Assembly (NCBI GenBank): GCA_035624495.1
Contig: DASPRK010000231.1
Coordinates: forward strand, 185-64,184
Direction: 5' to 3'
From: Candidatus Methylomirabilis sp.
GTDB lineage: Bacteria > Pseudomonadota > Gammaproteobacteria > Acidiferrobacterales > Sulfurifustaceae
Length of the DNA stretch: 64,000 nt
The stretch's first letter is position 1, and the number at the start of each line of letters is the position of its first letter. Shown piece after piece: positions 36,243 through 46,506 of the stretch. The notes under the pieces were generated by a model. It was not told the DNA's origin. It made no database searches and saw only the letters and a program-made list of their open reading frames with translations. Both the position numbers and the translations under genes were made by a program.

Positions 36243-36428
36243 TGGCATGAAGGAAACGCGCAAGCGGCGGTCCGCCCCGCCCGGCGAGCCTGACGACGAC
36301 GTACGACATCGGGCATCCCAAGCTCATCGTTCAGACGCGCAAAATTCTGCCCGCACATTCCGTGGCAGGAGCTCGTGCGCCTTGATCCAATCGGAATTTA
36401 TTCCTTGGCAACTGGTATAATGCATCGC

Positions 36429-36795
36429 GGAGTTGGCCAGACAGCCGCTGCCCGAGCGCCTTGTGCGCCTGGGCGGAGGAAAGTCCGGGCTCCACAGGGC
36501 AGGGTGCCAGGTAACGCCTGGGCGGCGTGAGCCGATGGAAAGCGCCACAGAAAATACACCGCCTACGTCTCACTGAGTTATTTCAGCGGGACCGGCAAGG
36601 GTGAAATGGTGCGGTAAGAGCGCACCGCGCGGGTGGCAACATCCGCGGCACGGCAAGCCCCACCCGGAGTAAGGCCGAATAGGGGAACCATGATGCGGCC
36701 CGCATCGTTCCCGGGTTGGCCGCTTGAGGCGCGTGGCGACGTGCGTCCCAGAGGAATGGCTGTCCACGACAGAACCCGGCTTATCGGCCGACTCC
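36429..36795 (+). ncRNA. rnpB: RNase P RNA, bacterial class A
   Basis: GAGGAAAGTCCGGGCTCC, GGGTGAAATGGTGCGGTAAGAGCGCACC, ACAGAACCCGGCTTA; complementary ends GGAGTTGGCC / GGCCGACTCC followed by a T-tract. Confidence 0.98.
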
Positions 36796-37028
36796 TTTTT
36801 TATTTTGACTTTAAGAGAAGATTTTAATTTTATGTTTTTGTTACTGATTTGCGTCTAATTTTGGCTGACAAACGGTGCTGCATTCAGCTCTTATTGCAAC
36901 GCGTTTCTGATTCAGGCTTCGTTGTTTCAGCTTCCCTTCCTAACTTGCTGTCCTGCAAAGAAGAAATTTTGCGGCCTAGCCAGTTTTTTCTTGACACCCC
37001 TCAGTACCGCTATCTATAGTGTCATTAA

Positions 37029-37063
37029 GTGGAGAAATGTGGTTTTTTGTGGTTTAGAGCGGG
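37029..37063 (+). promoter_or_regulatory. MraZ-binding direct repeats in the dcw promoter
   Basis: GTGGA/GTGGT/GTGGT/GCGGG at exact 10-bp spacing just upstream of mraZ. Confidence 0.75.
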
Positions 37064-37078
37064 AAGAAAAGGGAAAAA

Positions 37079-37534
37079 ATGTTTCGCGGTGTCAACGCAT
37101 TATCGCTCGACAGCAAGGGCCGCATGGCGGTGCCAACGCGCTATCGCGAACAACTTGCGCGCCTGTGCAACGGGCAGATGGTACTCACGGTCGATCGCGA
37201 CCACTGTCTGCTGCTGTATCCGCAGCCGGAATGGGAGGAGATCGAGCGCAAGATCATGAAGCTGTCGAGCTTCAACAAACAGACCCGCAAGCTTCAACGG
37301 CTGCTCGTCGGGCACGCCACTGAATGCGAGCTTGACGGCAACGGCCGCATATTGCTGGCGCCGCCGCTGCGCGAGTTCGCGGGACTGAACAAGGACGTCG
37401 TGTTGATCGGTCAGGGAAACAAATTCGAAATCTGGGACGAGGACGCGTGGAACGCTCGTCGTGCGGAATGGCTCGAGGCGGAAGGCGAGGATGAAGGCAA
37501 ACTGCCGCCGGATCTCGAATCGCTTTCGCTCTAG
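37079..37534 (+). CDS. mraZ: Division/cell wall cluster transcriptional repressor MraZ
   Basis: MFRG...LDSKGR, LDGNGRILL, GQGNKFEIWD. Confidence 0.98.
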   Translation: MFRGVNALSLDSKGRMAVPTRYREQLARLCNGQMVLTVDRDHCLLLYPQPEWEEIERKIMKLSSFNKQTRKLQRLLVGHATECELDGNGRILLAPPLREFAGLNKDVVLIGQGNKFEIWDEDAWNARRAEWLEAEGEDEGKLPPDLESLSL

Positions 37535-37543
37535 AAAGAACGC

Positions 37544-38500
37544 GTGAATGAACACCGCCACGTCCCGGTGCTGCTGGAGGAGGCATTGCAAGCACTGCGG
37601 CTGAAAACAGACGGCGTATATGTCGATGCCACGTATGGTCGGGGCGGGCACGCGCGGGAAATCTTGAATCGGTTGGAGGAGCGGGGACGGTTGCTGTTGT
37701 TCGATCGGGACCCGCAAGCCTGTGAGGACGCGCGTCGCCACTACGGCGCGGACGCACGCGTGCACGTGATCGCGGGATCGTTCTCCCATCTCGGGCGCAG
37801 CGTCGAGCAGCTCGGTCTCACCGGCAAGGTGGATGGATTGCTTTTCGACCTCGGCGTGTCATCGCCGCAGCTCGACGACGCCAGCCGCGGTTTCAGTTTT
37901 CGCCTCGAAGGCCCGCTCGACATGCGCATGGATCCGCGTACCGGTGAGTCCGCGGCCGAATGGATCAACCGCGCCGCGGAAGATGATATCGCGCGCGTCG
38001 TTCGCGAGTACGGCGAGGAACGTTTCGCCAAGCGCATCGCCCGCGCCATCGTACGCGAACGTTCGATCGAGCCGATCTCGACGACGCAACGGCTGGCAGA
38101 GATCGTCAAACGCGCCGTACCGAAGCGCGAGGCCCGCAAGGATCCGGCGACGCGCACCTTCCAGGCCATCCGTATTCACGTCAACCGCGAACTCGACGAG
38201 CTCAAAGACGCACTGCCGCAGGCCGTGCAGGCGTTGGCGCGGGGTGGGCGGCTGGTCGTGATCAGTTTTCATTCGCTCGAAGATCGCATCGTGAAGCATT
38301 TCATGCGCGCCGAAGCAAAGGGCGAAGAGCCGCCGCCTGACTTGCCGGTGCGGCATGAAGCGTTCCGCGGCCGTCTCAAAATAATCGGCAAGGCGATTCA
38401 GGCGAGCGAAGCCGAAGCACGGCGCAATCCGCGCGCCCGTAGTGCCGTGCTGCGTGTTGCCGAGCGCACAGTCGGCAAAGGGGCGACGAGCCATGTCTAA
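37544..38500 (+). CDS. rsmH: 16S rRNA m4C1402 methyltransferase
   Basis: HVPVLL, DATYGRGGH, DLGVSSPQLD, FHSLEDRIVK, NPRARSA. Confidence 0.98.
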   Translation: MNEHRHVPVLLEEALQALRLKTDGVYVDATYGRGGHAREILNRLEERGRLLLFDRDPQACEDARRHYGADARVHVIAGSFSHLGRSVEQLGLTGKVDGLLFDLGVSSPQLDDASRGFSFRLEGPLDMRMDPRTGESAAEWINRAAEDDIARVVREYGEERFAKRIARAIVRERSIEPISTTQRLAEIVKRAVPKREARKDPATRTFQAIRIHVNRELDELKDALPQAVQALARGGRLVVISFHSLEDRIVKHFMRAEAKGEEPPPDLPVRHEAFRGRLKIIGKAIQASEAEARRNPRARSAVLRVAERTVGKGATSHV

Positions 38501-38771
38501 ACGCCTGATCGTTTTGCTGGCCGCGGTCATGGTGACATCGATCGCGGTGATACAGGCCCGGCAGGAAAGCCGTCAGTTGTTCGCCGAATTGCAGACCGGC
38601 CAGGCCGAACGCGACGCGTTCAATATTGAATGGGGCAAGCTGCTGCTCGAGGAAGCGACGTGGTCGCAGCACCGTCGTGTCGAAGCCATGGCGCGCGGCC
38701 GCCTGAACATGAGTACGCCCGACGCTGCGCACATCCGCGTGGTGCGGCTCACCGCAGAGGCCAAGCCATGA
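38493..38771 (+). CDS. ftsL: Cell division protein FtsL
   Basis: TM plus coiled coil, EWGKLLLEEATWS; position between rsmH and ftsI. Confidence 0.95.
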   Translation: MSKRLIVLLAAVMVTSIAVIQARQESRQLFAELQTGQAERDAFNIEWGKLLLEEATWSQHRRVEAMARGRLNMSTPDAAHIRVVRLTAEAKP

Positions 38772-40483
38772 GTCGCCGCGCCCAGATGCGCCATACGGTG
38801 CGCAACGCGATCGTGTTGCTGTTTTACCTGGGCGGCATGGTGTCGCTGGCGGTGCGTGCCATGTATCTGCAGGTGTTCAACGCCGATTTCCTTCAGGAGC
38901 AGGGCAACGCCCGGCATTCGCGCCTGGTCAAGGACAACTCGCATCGCGGCATGATCCTCGACCGCAACGGCGCTCCACTCGCCGTCAGCACGCCGGTGGA
39001 TTCGGTGTGGGCGAACCCGGAGATGCTGGCGCAACAGCGTCGCAGCTGGCCGCGACTCGCGGCGCTGCTCGACATCAGTCCGAGCGAGATCGCGCAACTG
39101 GAAAGGAAATTTAACGATCGCGAATTCATGTATCTCAAGCGGCACGTCCCGCCGGCGCTGGCCGAGCGCGTGATGGCGCAAAAGGTGCCCGGGGTGGCGC
39201 TGCAGCGTGAATATCGACGCTATTATCCGCTCGGGCCAGTGGCCGGGCACGTAATCGGATTCACGAACGTCGACGACCAGGGCCAGGAGGGCGCGGAGCT
39301 ATCCTTCGATTCTTGGCTGCGCGCCGTGCCGGGCGCCAAGCGCGTGCTGCGCGACCTGCAGGGCAACGCCGTGGAGGCGGCCGAAAGCGTGGTGTTGCCC
39401 AGACCCGGCAAAGATTTGGTGCTTTCGATCGACCGCCGCATCCAGTATCTGGCCTACCGCGAGCTAAAGAACGCGGTGCAGGAACACGGCGCGCACGCGG
39501 GCAGCGCCGTGGTGATCGACGCGCATACCGGCGAGGTGCTGGCACTGGTGAACGAACCGGACTTCAATCCGAACAACCGCGCTGGTTTGCACAGCCGCGT
39601 CTTCCGCAATCGCGCGGTGACGGATCTGTTCGAACCGGGGTCGACCGTCAAGCCCTTCACCATCGCTTGCGCGCTCGAAAGCGGCAAGTACAAACCCGGC
39701 ACGGTGATCGACACCACGCCCGGAATGCTCCAGATCGGCGACCGCACCATTCGCGACGTGCATAACTACGGGGTGTTGACAGTCGCCGGCGTGATCGAGA
39801 AATCGAGCAATGTCGGTGCCTCCAAGATCGCGCTCTCGCTCAACAAGAACACCATGTGGCAAATGCTGCGCAGCGTCGGCTTCGGTCAACCGACCGGCGC
39901 GCAGCTGCCGGGCGAGATCGACGGTCTGCTCAACCCGTCGTCAAGCTGGGTTCCGGTGGAACAGGCGACCATCTCCTACGGTTACGGCATTTCCGTGACC
40001 CCGCTGCAGCTCGCGCGCGCGTACGTGGCGCTGGCCAACGATGGCGAAGAACTGCCGCTTACTTTAGTGGCGGTGGACGCGCCGCCCCCGGGTCAGCGCG
40101 TGATGTCGGCGGATACCGCGCATCGCATCCGGTCGATGCTTGAGCTCGCGGTGAGCGACGCCGGCACCGGCGTCCGCGCCCAGGTCGCGGATTATCGCGT
40201 GGCCGGCAAGACCGGCACCGTGCGCAAGCTGACCGCGAGTGGATATTCGGAAGAGAAATATGTCGCCTGGTTTGCCGGTTTCGCGCCGGCGTCTTCGCCC
40301 AGGCTCGTGATGGTTGTCGCGGTCGATGAACCCACGCGTGGCGGTTATTTCGGCGGGGAGATTGCGGCACCGGTGTTCGGGCGGGTGATGGCCGGCGCGC
40401 TGCGCTTGCTCGACGTCCCGCCCGATGCTCCGCGTCTGGGGCCGCGCGTCCTGACGGTGAAAAACGAACGGGTGGCAGAATGA
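38768..40483 (+). CDS. ftsI: Penicillin-binding protein 3
   Basis: RG.ILDRNG, EPGSTVKP (SxxK), SSN, KTGT. Confidence 0.98.
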   Translation: MSRRAQMRHTVRNAIVLLFYLGGMVSLAVRAMYLQVFNADFLQEQGNARHSRLVKDNSHRGMILDRNGAPLAVSTPVDSVWANPEMLAQQRRSWPRLAALLDISPSEIAQLERKFNDREFMYLKRHVPPALAERVMAQKVPGVALQREYRRYYPLGPVAGHVIGFTNVDDQGQEGAELSFDSWLRAVPGAKRVLRDLQGNAVEAAESVVLPRPGKDLVLSIDRRIQYLAYRELKNAVQEHGAHAGSAVVIDAHTGEVLALVNEPDFNPNNRAGLHSRVFRNRAVTDLFEPGSTVKPFTIACALESGKYKPGTVIDTTPGMLQIGDRTIRDVHNYGVLTVAGVIEKSSNVGASKIALSLNKNTMWQMLRSVGFGQPTGAQLPGEIDGLLNPSSSWVPVEQATISYGYGISVTPLQLARAYVALANDGEELPLTLVAVDAPPPGQRVMSADTAHRIRSMLELAVSDAGTGVRAQVADYRVAGKTGTVRKLTASGYSEEKYVAWFAGFAPASSPRLVMVVAVDEPTRGGYFGGEIAAPVFGRVMAGALRLLDVPPDAPRLGPRVLTVKNERVAE

Positions 40484-41955
40484 CTGCGTCCACCGAAACC
40501 CGACGCCTGCGCGAACTCCTCGACGGCATCGTGCGCGTGCCCGGTCTCGCAAACCGCGAGATCGGCGGTCTGCAGACCGACAGCCGCCGCGTACGACGCG
40601 GCGATCTTTTTCTGGCGTTGCCGGGCATGGTCGCGGACGGTCGCGACTACATCGGCGATGCCGTAGCCGGCGGCGCGGCGGCGGTCGTATATGAGTCCAA
40701 TGACGGTTATGCCCTGGACGGTGCGCCGGTGCCGGCGCTCGCCGTCGCCGACCTGCGCCGCAAAATCGGTTTCATCGCCGATCGTTTCTACGGATCGCCA
40801 TCACGGCGCCTGGTCGTCGTCGGCGTCACCGGCACGAACGGCAAAACCACTTGCACGCAGTTGCTGGCCCAGGCGCTGGACCGGCCGCCGCGGCGGTGCG
40901 CCGTGATTGGCACTCTGGGGTCCGGTTATCCCGGCGCGCTGAATGCCTCGCTGCACACCACGCCGGATGCGGTGACGGTGCAGCGCCTGATGGCGGAATT
41001 TCTCGTCCACGGCGCGTCGCACGTTTCGATGGAGGTGTCCTCACATGCGCTGGAGCAAGGACGGGTGAACGGCATTGCGTTTCACGTCGCGGTGTTCACC
41101 AATCTCACGCGTGATCACCTCGATTATCACGGCGACATGGAATCCTACGGCGCGGCCAAGGCCGGGTTGTTCGCGATGGAAGGTCTGCAGTACGCCGTGA
41201 TCAATCACGACGACTCCTTCGGGCTCGGCCTGCTGGCCGACATCGACGCGCGGATCAAGACGCTGAGCTACGGGATCGAAGGTGGCGACGTGCGAGCACG
41301 CGAGCTGCGGCTGTCGCCGGAAGGCATACATCTGCTCATCGCCACGCCGGCCGGTGATACCGAGCTGCGCAGTCCTCTGATCGGACGCTTCAATGCCTAC
41401 AACCTGCTCGCCGTACTGGCGACATTGCTGGCCTTGGGTGTGGAGCTGAAAGAGGCGGTGGCGCGGCTCTCGCGGGCGTACGCACCGCCAGGACGCGCCG
41501 AGCGTTTCGGCGGCGTGAAAGGTCTGCCGCTGGTCGTGATCGATTACGCCCATACCCCCGACGCGCTGGAAAAAATCCTGCTGGCATTGCGCGAGCACGC
41601 GCACGGGACGCTCTGGTGCGTTTTCGGCTGCGGAGGCGACCGCGATCGCGGCAAGCGCCCGGTCATGGGCGAGATCGCCGAACGGCTCGCGGACGCGGTA
41701 GTGCTGACCGACGACAACCCGCGGCACGAGTCCGGCGATACCATCATCCGCGACATCGTCGGCGGCATGACCGCGACGCCCAGGATCGTCCGCGATCGCC
41801 GCTGCGCCATCGCCGAGGCTGTCGGCGAAGCCGGCGAAGGTGACATCGTGCTGATCGCCGGCAAGGGGCATGAGGATTATCAGCAGGTGGGAGATACGCG
41901 CCTGCCGTACAGCGACCGCGATGCCGTGCGCGAGATATTGGGGGTGGCAGCATGA
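40480..41955 (+). CDS. murE: UDP-MurNAc-dipeptide--DAP ligase
   Basis: GVTGTNGKTT, MEVSSH, DYAHTPD, DDNPR, IAGKGHE. Confidence 0.98.
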   Translation: MTASTETRRLRELLDGIVRVPGLANREIGGLQTDSRRVRRGDLFLALPGMVADGRDYIGDAVAGGAAAVVYESNDGYALDGAPVPALAVADLRRKIGFIADRFYGSPSRRLVVVGVTGTNGKTTCTQLLAQALDRPPRRCAVIGTLGSGYPGALNASLHTTPDAVTVQRLMAEFLVHGASHVSMEVSSHALEQGRVNGIAFHVAVFTNLTRDHLDYHGDMESYGAAKAGLFAMEGLQYAVINHDDSFGLGLLADIDARIKTLSYGIEGGDVRARELRLSPEGIHLLIATPAGDTELRSPLIGRFNAYNLLAVLATLLALGVELKEAVARLSRAYAPPGRAERFGGVKGLPLVVIDYAHTPDALEKILLALREHAHGTLWCVFGCGGDRDRGKRPVMGEIAERLADAVVLTDDNPRHESGDTIIRDIVGGMTATPRIVRDRRCAIAEAVGEAGEGDIVLIAGKGHEDYQQVGDTRLPYSDRDAVREILGVAA

Positions 41956-42199
41956 GCCACGAAGCACTGGCCCCTTTGGGGATGCGAGTGCGGGCCGGGA
42001 GGAGGGGCCGCGCGAAGCGGCGATGCAACCGTCCGCGAGTCGCTCGTGGCCGCCAGAATGGGGCTGCCTTAGCGTGGCAAGAGTCTTGTCGGGTGGTGCG
42101 TGGTCTGAGAACGGCACGCTGGTGGCGACCGGCGAAGGCTGCCGGACGCCGGCAGTTCGGCGCGGCGCGTCTGCACGATTTTTCAGAGGCGCCAGCGTG
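41952..42199 (+). repeat. dcw junction insert A (murE-murF); open 82-codon ORF 41952-42200
   Basis: Shares GCGACCGGCGAA (42125-36) and flanking blocks with inserts B and C. The ORF overlaps the murE stop (ATGA) and the murF start (TGATG). Confidence 0.75.
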
Positions 42200-43564
42200 A
42201 TGTCTCTCGCCATTCTCGCCGATGTCCTCAAATCGCCGCTCGTCGGGCGGGACGCGGTCTTCACCGGCATCGGCCACGACACGCGCACGTTGCAGGCCGG
42301 TGATCTTTACGTGGCGATCAAGGGCGAACATTTCGACGGGCACCATTTCCTCGCCGAGGCGATCGCCGCCGGTGCCGCCGGCGCGCTGCTCGCGCGAGAC
42401 ATGGAAACGCCGTTGCCGTACGTGCGGGTGCCGAACACCCGCCTGGCGCTCGGCAACGTCGCCGCCTTCTGGCGCAATCAGTTCCGGGATATTCCCGTGA
42501 TCGCGGTGACCGGCAGCAACGGCAAGACCACGGTCAAGGAAATGATCGGCGCAATTATGGGCGAGACCGGACCCGGTTGTGTCACGCGCGGTAACCTCAA
42601 CAACGATATCGGCGTGCCGCTCACGCTTGCGCGCCTGCGTGCGGAACATCGCTATGCCGTGATCGAGATGGGGATGAACCATCCCGGCGAAATCGAATAT
42701 CTGTCGCGCCTGACGCATCCAACCATTGCGGTCATTACCAACGCCGGCGAGGCGCATCTCGCGGGCGTGGGCACGGTCGAGGACGTGGCGCGCGCCAAGG
42801 GCGAAATCTTCATTGGATTGGCGCGTGACGGCACCGCCGTGCTCAACGCCGACGACGCGCATTTCGCCCTATGGAGGACGCTGACCGGGCTGAAGAGGAG
42901 CATCACCTTCGGCCTCGACAACCCGGCGGACGTGAGCGCCGAGTACCGGCTCACCGACGTCGGCAGCGCCATTCATCTCAAAACCATCACACATGGGGAA
43001 ATCGACATGCGTGTACCACTGCTGGGTCGACACAACGTCATGAATACGCTCGCCGCCACCACCGCCGCGATCGCCGCCGGCGCTACGCTCGCGCAGGTGA
43101 AAACCGGCCTCGAGAAGCTCATGGCCGTTTCCGGCCGTCTCGAGGTGAAGCCGGGAATCAGCGGCGCGCGCGTCATTGACGACACCTACAACGCCAATCC
43201 TGCCTCGCTCGCGGCCGGCATCCAGGTGCTCAAGGAGTTCAGCGGCGAACGCGTGCTGGTGATGGGCGACATGGCCGAACTGGGCGCCGCCGCCGCCGAC
43301 ATTCATTACCGCGTCGGCGAACTCGCGAATCGCGTCGGTATCCAGCGCCTGTTCGCCATCGGCGAGTTGGCCCGCGTGGCGGTCGCCGGGTTCGGCAAGG
43401 GCGCGCGGCACTTCGAAAGTCCGGAGGCGCTGATCGAGGCGCTGCAGGACTGCATGCACGCCGATATGACGGTGCTGGTCAAGGGTTCGCGTGTGATGCG
43501 CATGGAGCGCATCGTGGCCGGCATCACCAAATCGACCGTGGCCGAAAACGGGAGGACCCGTTAA
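42200..43564 (+). CDS. murF: UDP-MurNAc-tripeptide--D-Ala-D-Ala ligase
   Basis: AVTGSNGKTTVKE, NNDIGVP, EMGMNH.GEI, DDTYNANP, GDMAELG, VKGSR. Confidence 0.98.
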   Translation: MSLAILADVLKSPLVGRDAVFTGIGHDTRTLQAGDLYVAIKGEHFDGHHFLAEAIAAGAAGALLARDMETPLPYVRVPNTRLALGNVAAFWRNQFRDIPVIAVTGSNGKTTVKEMIGAIMGETGPGCVTRGNLNNDIGVPLTLARLRAEHRYAVIEMGMNHPGEIEYLSRLTHPTIAVITNAGEAHLAGVGTVEDVARAKGEIFIGLARDGTAVLNADDAHFALWRTLTGLKRSITFGLDNPADVSAEYRLTDVGSAIHLKTITHGEIDMRVPLLGRHNVMNTLAATTAAIAAGATLAQVKTGLEKLMAVSGRLEVKPGISGARVIDDTYNANPASLAAGIQVLKEFSGERVLVMGDMAELGAAAADIHYRVGELANRVGIQRLFAIGELARVAVAGFGKGARHFESPEALIEALQDCMHADMTVLVKGSRVMRMERIVAGITKSTVAENGRTR

Positions 43565-44647
43565 GTGCTCTTTTATCTCTTTGAGACGTTGACGCGTGAT
43601 TTCTCGTTCTTCAACGTCTTTCGCTATCTCACGCTGCGCGGGATTCTCGGCGTGTTGACGGCGCTTGGCATCAGCTTTTGGATCGGCCCCGCGGTGATCC
43701 GCCGTCTCGGCTACCGCCAGCTCGGCCAGACCGTGCGCAAGGACGGGCCGCAAAGCCACCTGTCCAAGGCCGGAACGCCGACCATGGGCGGGGCCATGAT
43801 TCTCATCGCGGTCTTCATCGCCACGCTATTGTGGGCGGATCTGTCCAACCGTTTCGTGTGGACGGTGCTGTTCACCACCGCGGCGTTCGGGGCGATCGGC
43901 TGGGTCGACGATTACAAGAAGATCATCAATAAGGATCCGCGCGGCATCGGCGCCAAAGCCAAGTTCTTCTGGCAGACGGTCGCGGGGTTGGTGGCAGCGC
44001 TGTTCCTTTATTACACCGCCAAGACCCCGGCCGAGACCTCGCTGATCGTGCCGGTTTTCAAGAACATCATCATTCCCCTCGGTCCGGCGTTCATCCTGCT
44101 CGCTTATTTCGTGATCGTGGGCAGCAGCAACGCCGTGAACCTCACCGACGGACTCGACGGGCTTGCGATCATGCCGACGGTGATGGTCGCGGGCGCGCTC
44201 GGCATCTTCGCCTACGTCATGGGTCACGTGAAATTTTCCGCCTACCTCGGCTTTCCCTACGTCGCCGGCGCGGGTGAGGTGCTGATTTTCTGCGGCGCCA
44301 TCGTCGGCGCCGGCCTCGGGTTCCTGTGGTTCAACACCTACCCCGCCGTGGTGTTCATGGGTGACATCGGCGCGCTCGCGCTCGGCGCGGCGCTCGGGAC
44401 GGTGGCGGTCGCGGTGCGCCAGGAGATCGTGTTGTTCGTGATGGGCGGCATCTTCGTCATGGAAACGGTGTCGGTGATGCTGCAGGTGGCCTCGTTCAAG
44501 CTCACCGGCAAGCGCATCTTCCGAATGGCGCCACTGCATCACCATTTCGAACTTAAAGGCTGGCCGGAACCGCGGGTGATCGTGCGCTTCTGGATCATCT
44601 CGCTGATCCTGGTGCTGATCGGACTGGCAACATTGAAGATTCGGTGA
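43565..44647 (+). CDS. mraY: Phospho-N-acetylmuramoyl-pentapeptide transferase
   Basis: [33 protein letters not shown]. Confidence 0.98.
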   Translation: MLFYLFETLTRDFSFFNVFRYLTLRGILGVLTALGISFWIGPAVIRRLGYRQLGQTVRKDGPQSHLSKAGTPTMGGAMILIAVFIATLLWADLSNRFVWTVLFTTAAFGAIGWVDDYKKIINKDPRGIGAKAKFFWQTVAGLVAALFLYYTAKTPAETSLIVPVFKNIIIPLGPAFILLAYFVIVGSSNAVNLTDGLDGLAIMPTVMVAGALGIFAYVMGHVKFSAYLGFPYVAGAGEVLIFCGAIVGAGLGFLWFNTYPAVVFMGDIGALALGAALGTVAVAVRQEIVLFVMGGIFVMETVSVMLQVASFKLTGKRIFRMAPLHHHFELKGWPEPRVIVRFWIISLILVLIGLATLKIR

Positions 44648-44888
44648 AAATGAACATTTTTAAAATGAAATTGACCGCTAGCGCGCCAGGATCGCCAGGG
44701 CGAGCGGGAGGCAGACGAAGACTCTTGACTTGTCTTCGTCCCGGCGAGCGCTCGCACACGGATGTGCGGACTGGTGTTTATGGAAGTCTGTGCGTTGCGC
44801 CAGGGATGGCTGCACATAGGCGTCCTGGCGCTTCAGAAGTAGATTCATATTGTTCGAGGCTCCAAGACGAAAGGTGAAGGCAGTTGCA
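44644..44888 (+). repeat. dcw junction insert D (mraY-murD), self-complementary; ORF 44644-44877
   Basis: GCGCCAGGA ... TCCTGGCGC inverted pair and an internal GACGAAGAC / GTCTTCGTC hairpin. The ORF starts on the mraY stop (GTGA). Confidence 0.55.
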
Positions 44889-46229
44889 ATGACAAAACCG
44901 GAGACAAAACGCGCGCTGGTGGTGGGCCTCGGGCTCACGGGACTTTCGTGCGTGCGTCATCTCGCCGGGCGCGGCTATGCCGTCACGGTCGTGGACACCC
45001 GCGCGCAGCCGCCCAAGCTCGACGAGCTCGAGCGCGAATTCCCGCGCGTTCCGGTGCACCTCGGCGGGCTGCCGGCGGCGTTGTTCGACGATCCGGGGCT
45101 GCTCGTGGTGAGTCCCGGCGTATCGGTGAAGGAATCGCCGATCGCGCGTGCCATCGAACGGGGCGCGCAGGCGATCGGCGACATCGAGCTGTTCGCGCGT
45201 GAGGCGACCGCGCCGGTCATCGCGGTCACGGGCGCCAACGGCAAGAGCACGGTGACGGCATTGACCGGCGAAATGTGCCGGCAGGGGGGGCTGCGGACTG
45301 CGGTCGGCGGCAATATCGGCGTGCCGGCGCTCGAACTACTCGCCGGTTCCGAGCCGGAGGTGTACGTACTCGAACTGTCGAGCTTCCAGCTTGAGACGAC
45401 CTGGAGCCTCAACGCACGCGCGGCCGCAGTGCTCAACATCACGCCCGATCACATGGATCGCTACCGCAACATCGACGGCTATGCTGCGGCCAAGGCGCGT
45501 ATTTTCCGCGGCAACGGCACGATGGTGCTGAACGCCGACGATCACCTGGTGATGCGCATGCGCGACTCGGGGCGACGCACGGTCAGCTTTAGTCTGAGCC
45601 GGCCGCTGGAGGCACAGGATTACGGTCTGGATGAAATCGTCGGCGAAACCTGGCTGGTGCGCGGCAAACAGCCATTGATGCGGGCGCGCGAGGTGTCGCT
45701 CGCCGGCCGTCACAACCTGGCGAACGTGCTGGCAGCAATGGCGCTCGCTGAAGCCGCGGGCGTGAGCGTCGACGCCGCCCGTGCCGCGGTGCGCGGCTTC
45801 AAGGGCCTCAAGCATCGCACCGAGCTGGTGGCCGAGCGCGACAACGTGCGTTGGTACGACGACTCGAAAGGCACGAACGTCGGCGCCACGGTCGCGGCGC
45901 TGAACGGCATGACCGCGCCGGTGATCCTGATCGCAGGCGGCGACGGCAAGGGACAGGATTTCAGCGAGCTCCGCCCGGCGTGCGTGCTGCACGCACGCGC
46001 CGTGGTGCTCATCGGGCGCGATGCGCCGCTCATTGAAGCCGCGCTCGGCGGCTCGGTCCCGGTGCATCGCGCGCCGGACATGCACAACGCGGTGCGCCGC
46101 GCCGCCGGTTTGGCGCAACCGGGCGACGTGGTGTTGCTGTCGCCGGCATGCGCGAGCTTCGACATGTTCCGCAACTACGAGCATCGCGCTGAAGTCTTCC
46201 GCGCCGCGGTGCAGGAGGTAGTGGCATGA
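44889..46229 (+). CDS. murD: UDP-MurNAc-L-Ala--D-Glu ligase
   Basis: VTGANGKSTVT, ELSSFQL, DHMDRY, DSKGTNV, LSPACAS.DMF. Confidence 0.98.
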   Translation: MTKPETKRALVVGLGLTGLSCVRHLAGRGYAVTVVDTRAQPPKLDELEREFPRVPVHLGGLPAALFDDPGLLVVSPGVSVKESPIARAIERGAQAIGDIELFAREATAPVIAVTGANGKSTVTALTGEMCRQGGLRTAVGGNIGVPALELLAGSEPEVYVLELSSFQLETTWSLNARAAAVLNITPDHMDRYRNIDGYAAAKARIFRGNGTMVLNADDHLVMRMRDSGRRTVSFSLSRPLEAQDYGLDEIVGETWLVRGKQPLMRAREVSLAGRHNLANVLAAMALAEAAGVSVDAARAAVRGFKGLKHRTELVAERDNVRWYDDSKGTNVGATVAALNGMTAPVILIAGGDGKGQDFSELRPACVLHARAVVLIGRDAPLIEAALGGSVPVHRAPDMHNAVRRAAGLAQPGDVVLLSPACASFDMFRNYEHRAEVFRAAVQEVVA

Positions 46230-46506
46230 GCCGCGGAGGCCGCTTTGGACATTCCATGCAGGTACCTCGCGTGGAGCGTGGGGGTGTGAGCGCGAGCAGG
46301 GAGCAGGCTCCACCGGCGAAGAAGCGTGTGGAGGCGACCGTCGCAAGTCGCGCGCGGCCACCGGAGAGAATTTTGTATTTTCCGGCAACACTTCGACGGT
46401 CTGGCACAAAATTGCACCAGGGCACGCCGGTAGCGACCGGCGAATGGCCACAGGCCACCAGTGGTTTGGCGTGCGGAACTTGTTCGACCGTACAGAGGTG
46501 GCTCAC
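46226..46506 (+). repeat. dcw junction insert B (murD-ftsW); open 94-codon ORF 46226-46510
   Basis: GCGACCGGCGAA at 46433-44; ATGA overlaps with both the murD stop and the ftsW start. Confidence 0.75.

Noticed and set aside
41870-42199. 110-aa N-terminal extension of MurF in the ORF track (likewise the FtsW and MurC extensions)
   Set aside because: These run through the junction repeats; SD-ATG signals and family N-termini place starts at 42200, 46507 and 48846.
46402-46416. TGGCACAAAATTGCA, a sigma54-like sequence inside insert B
   Set aside because: GG-to-GC spacing is 9 nt; sigma54 requires 10.
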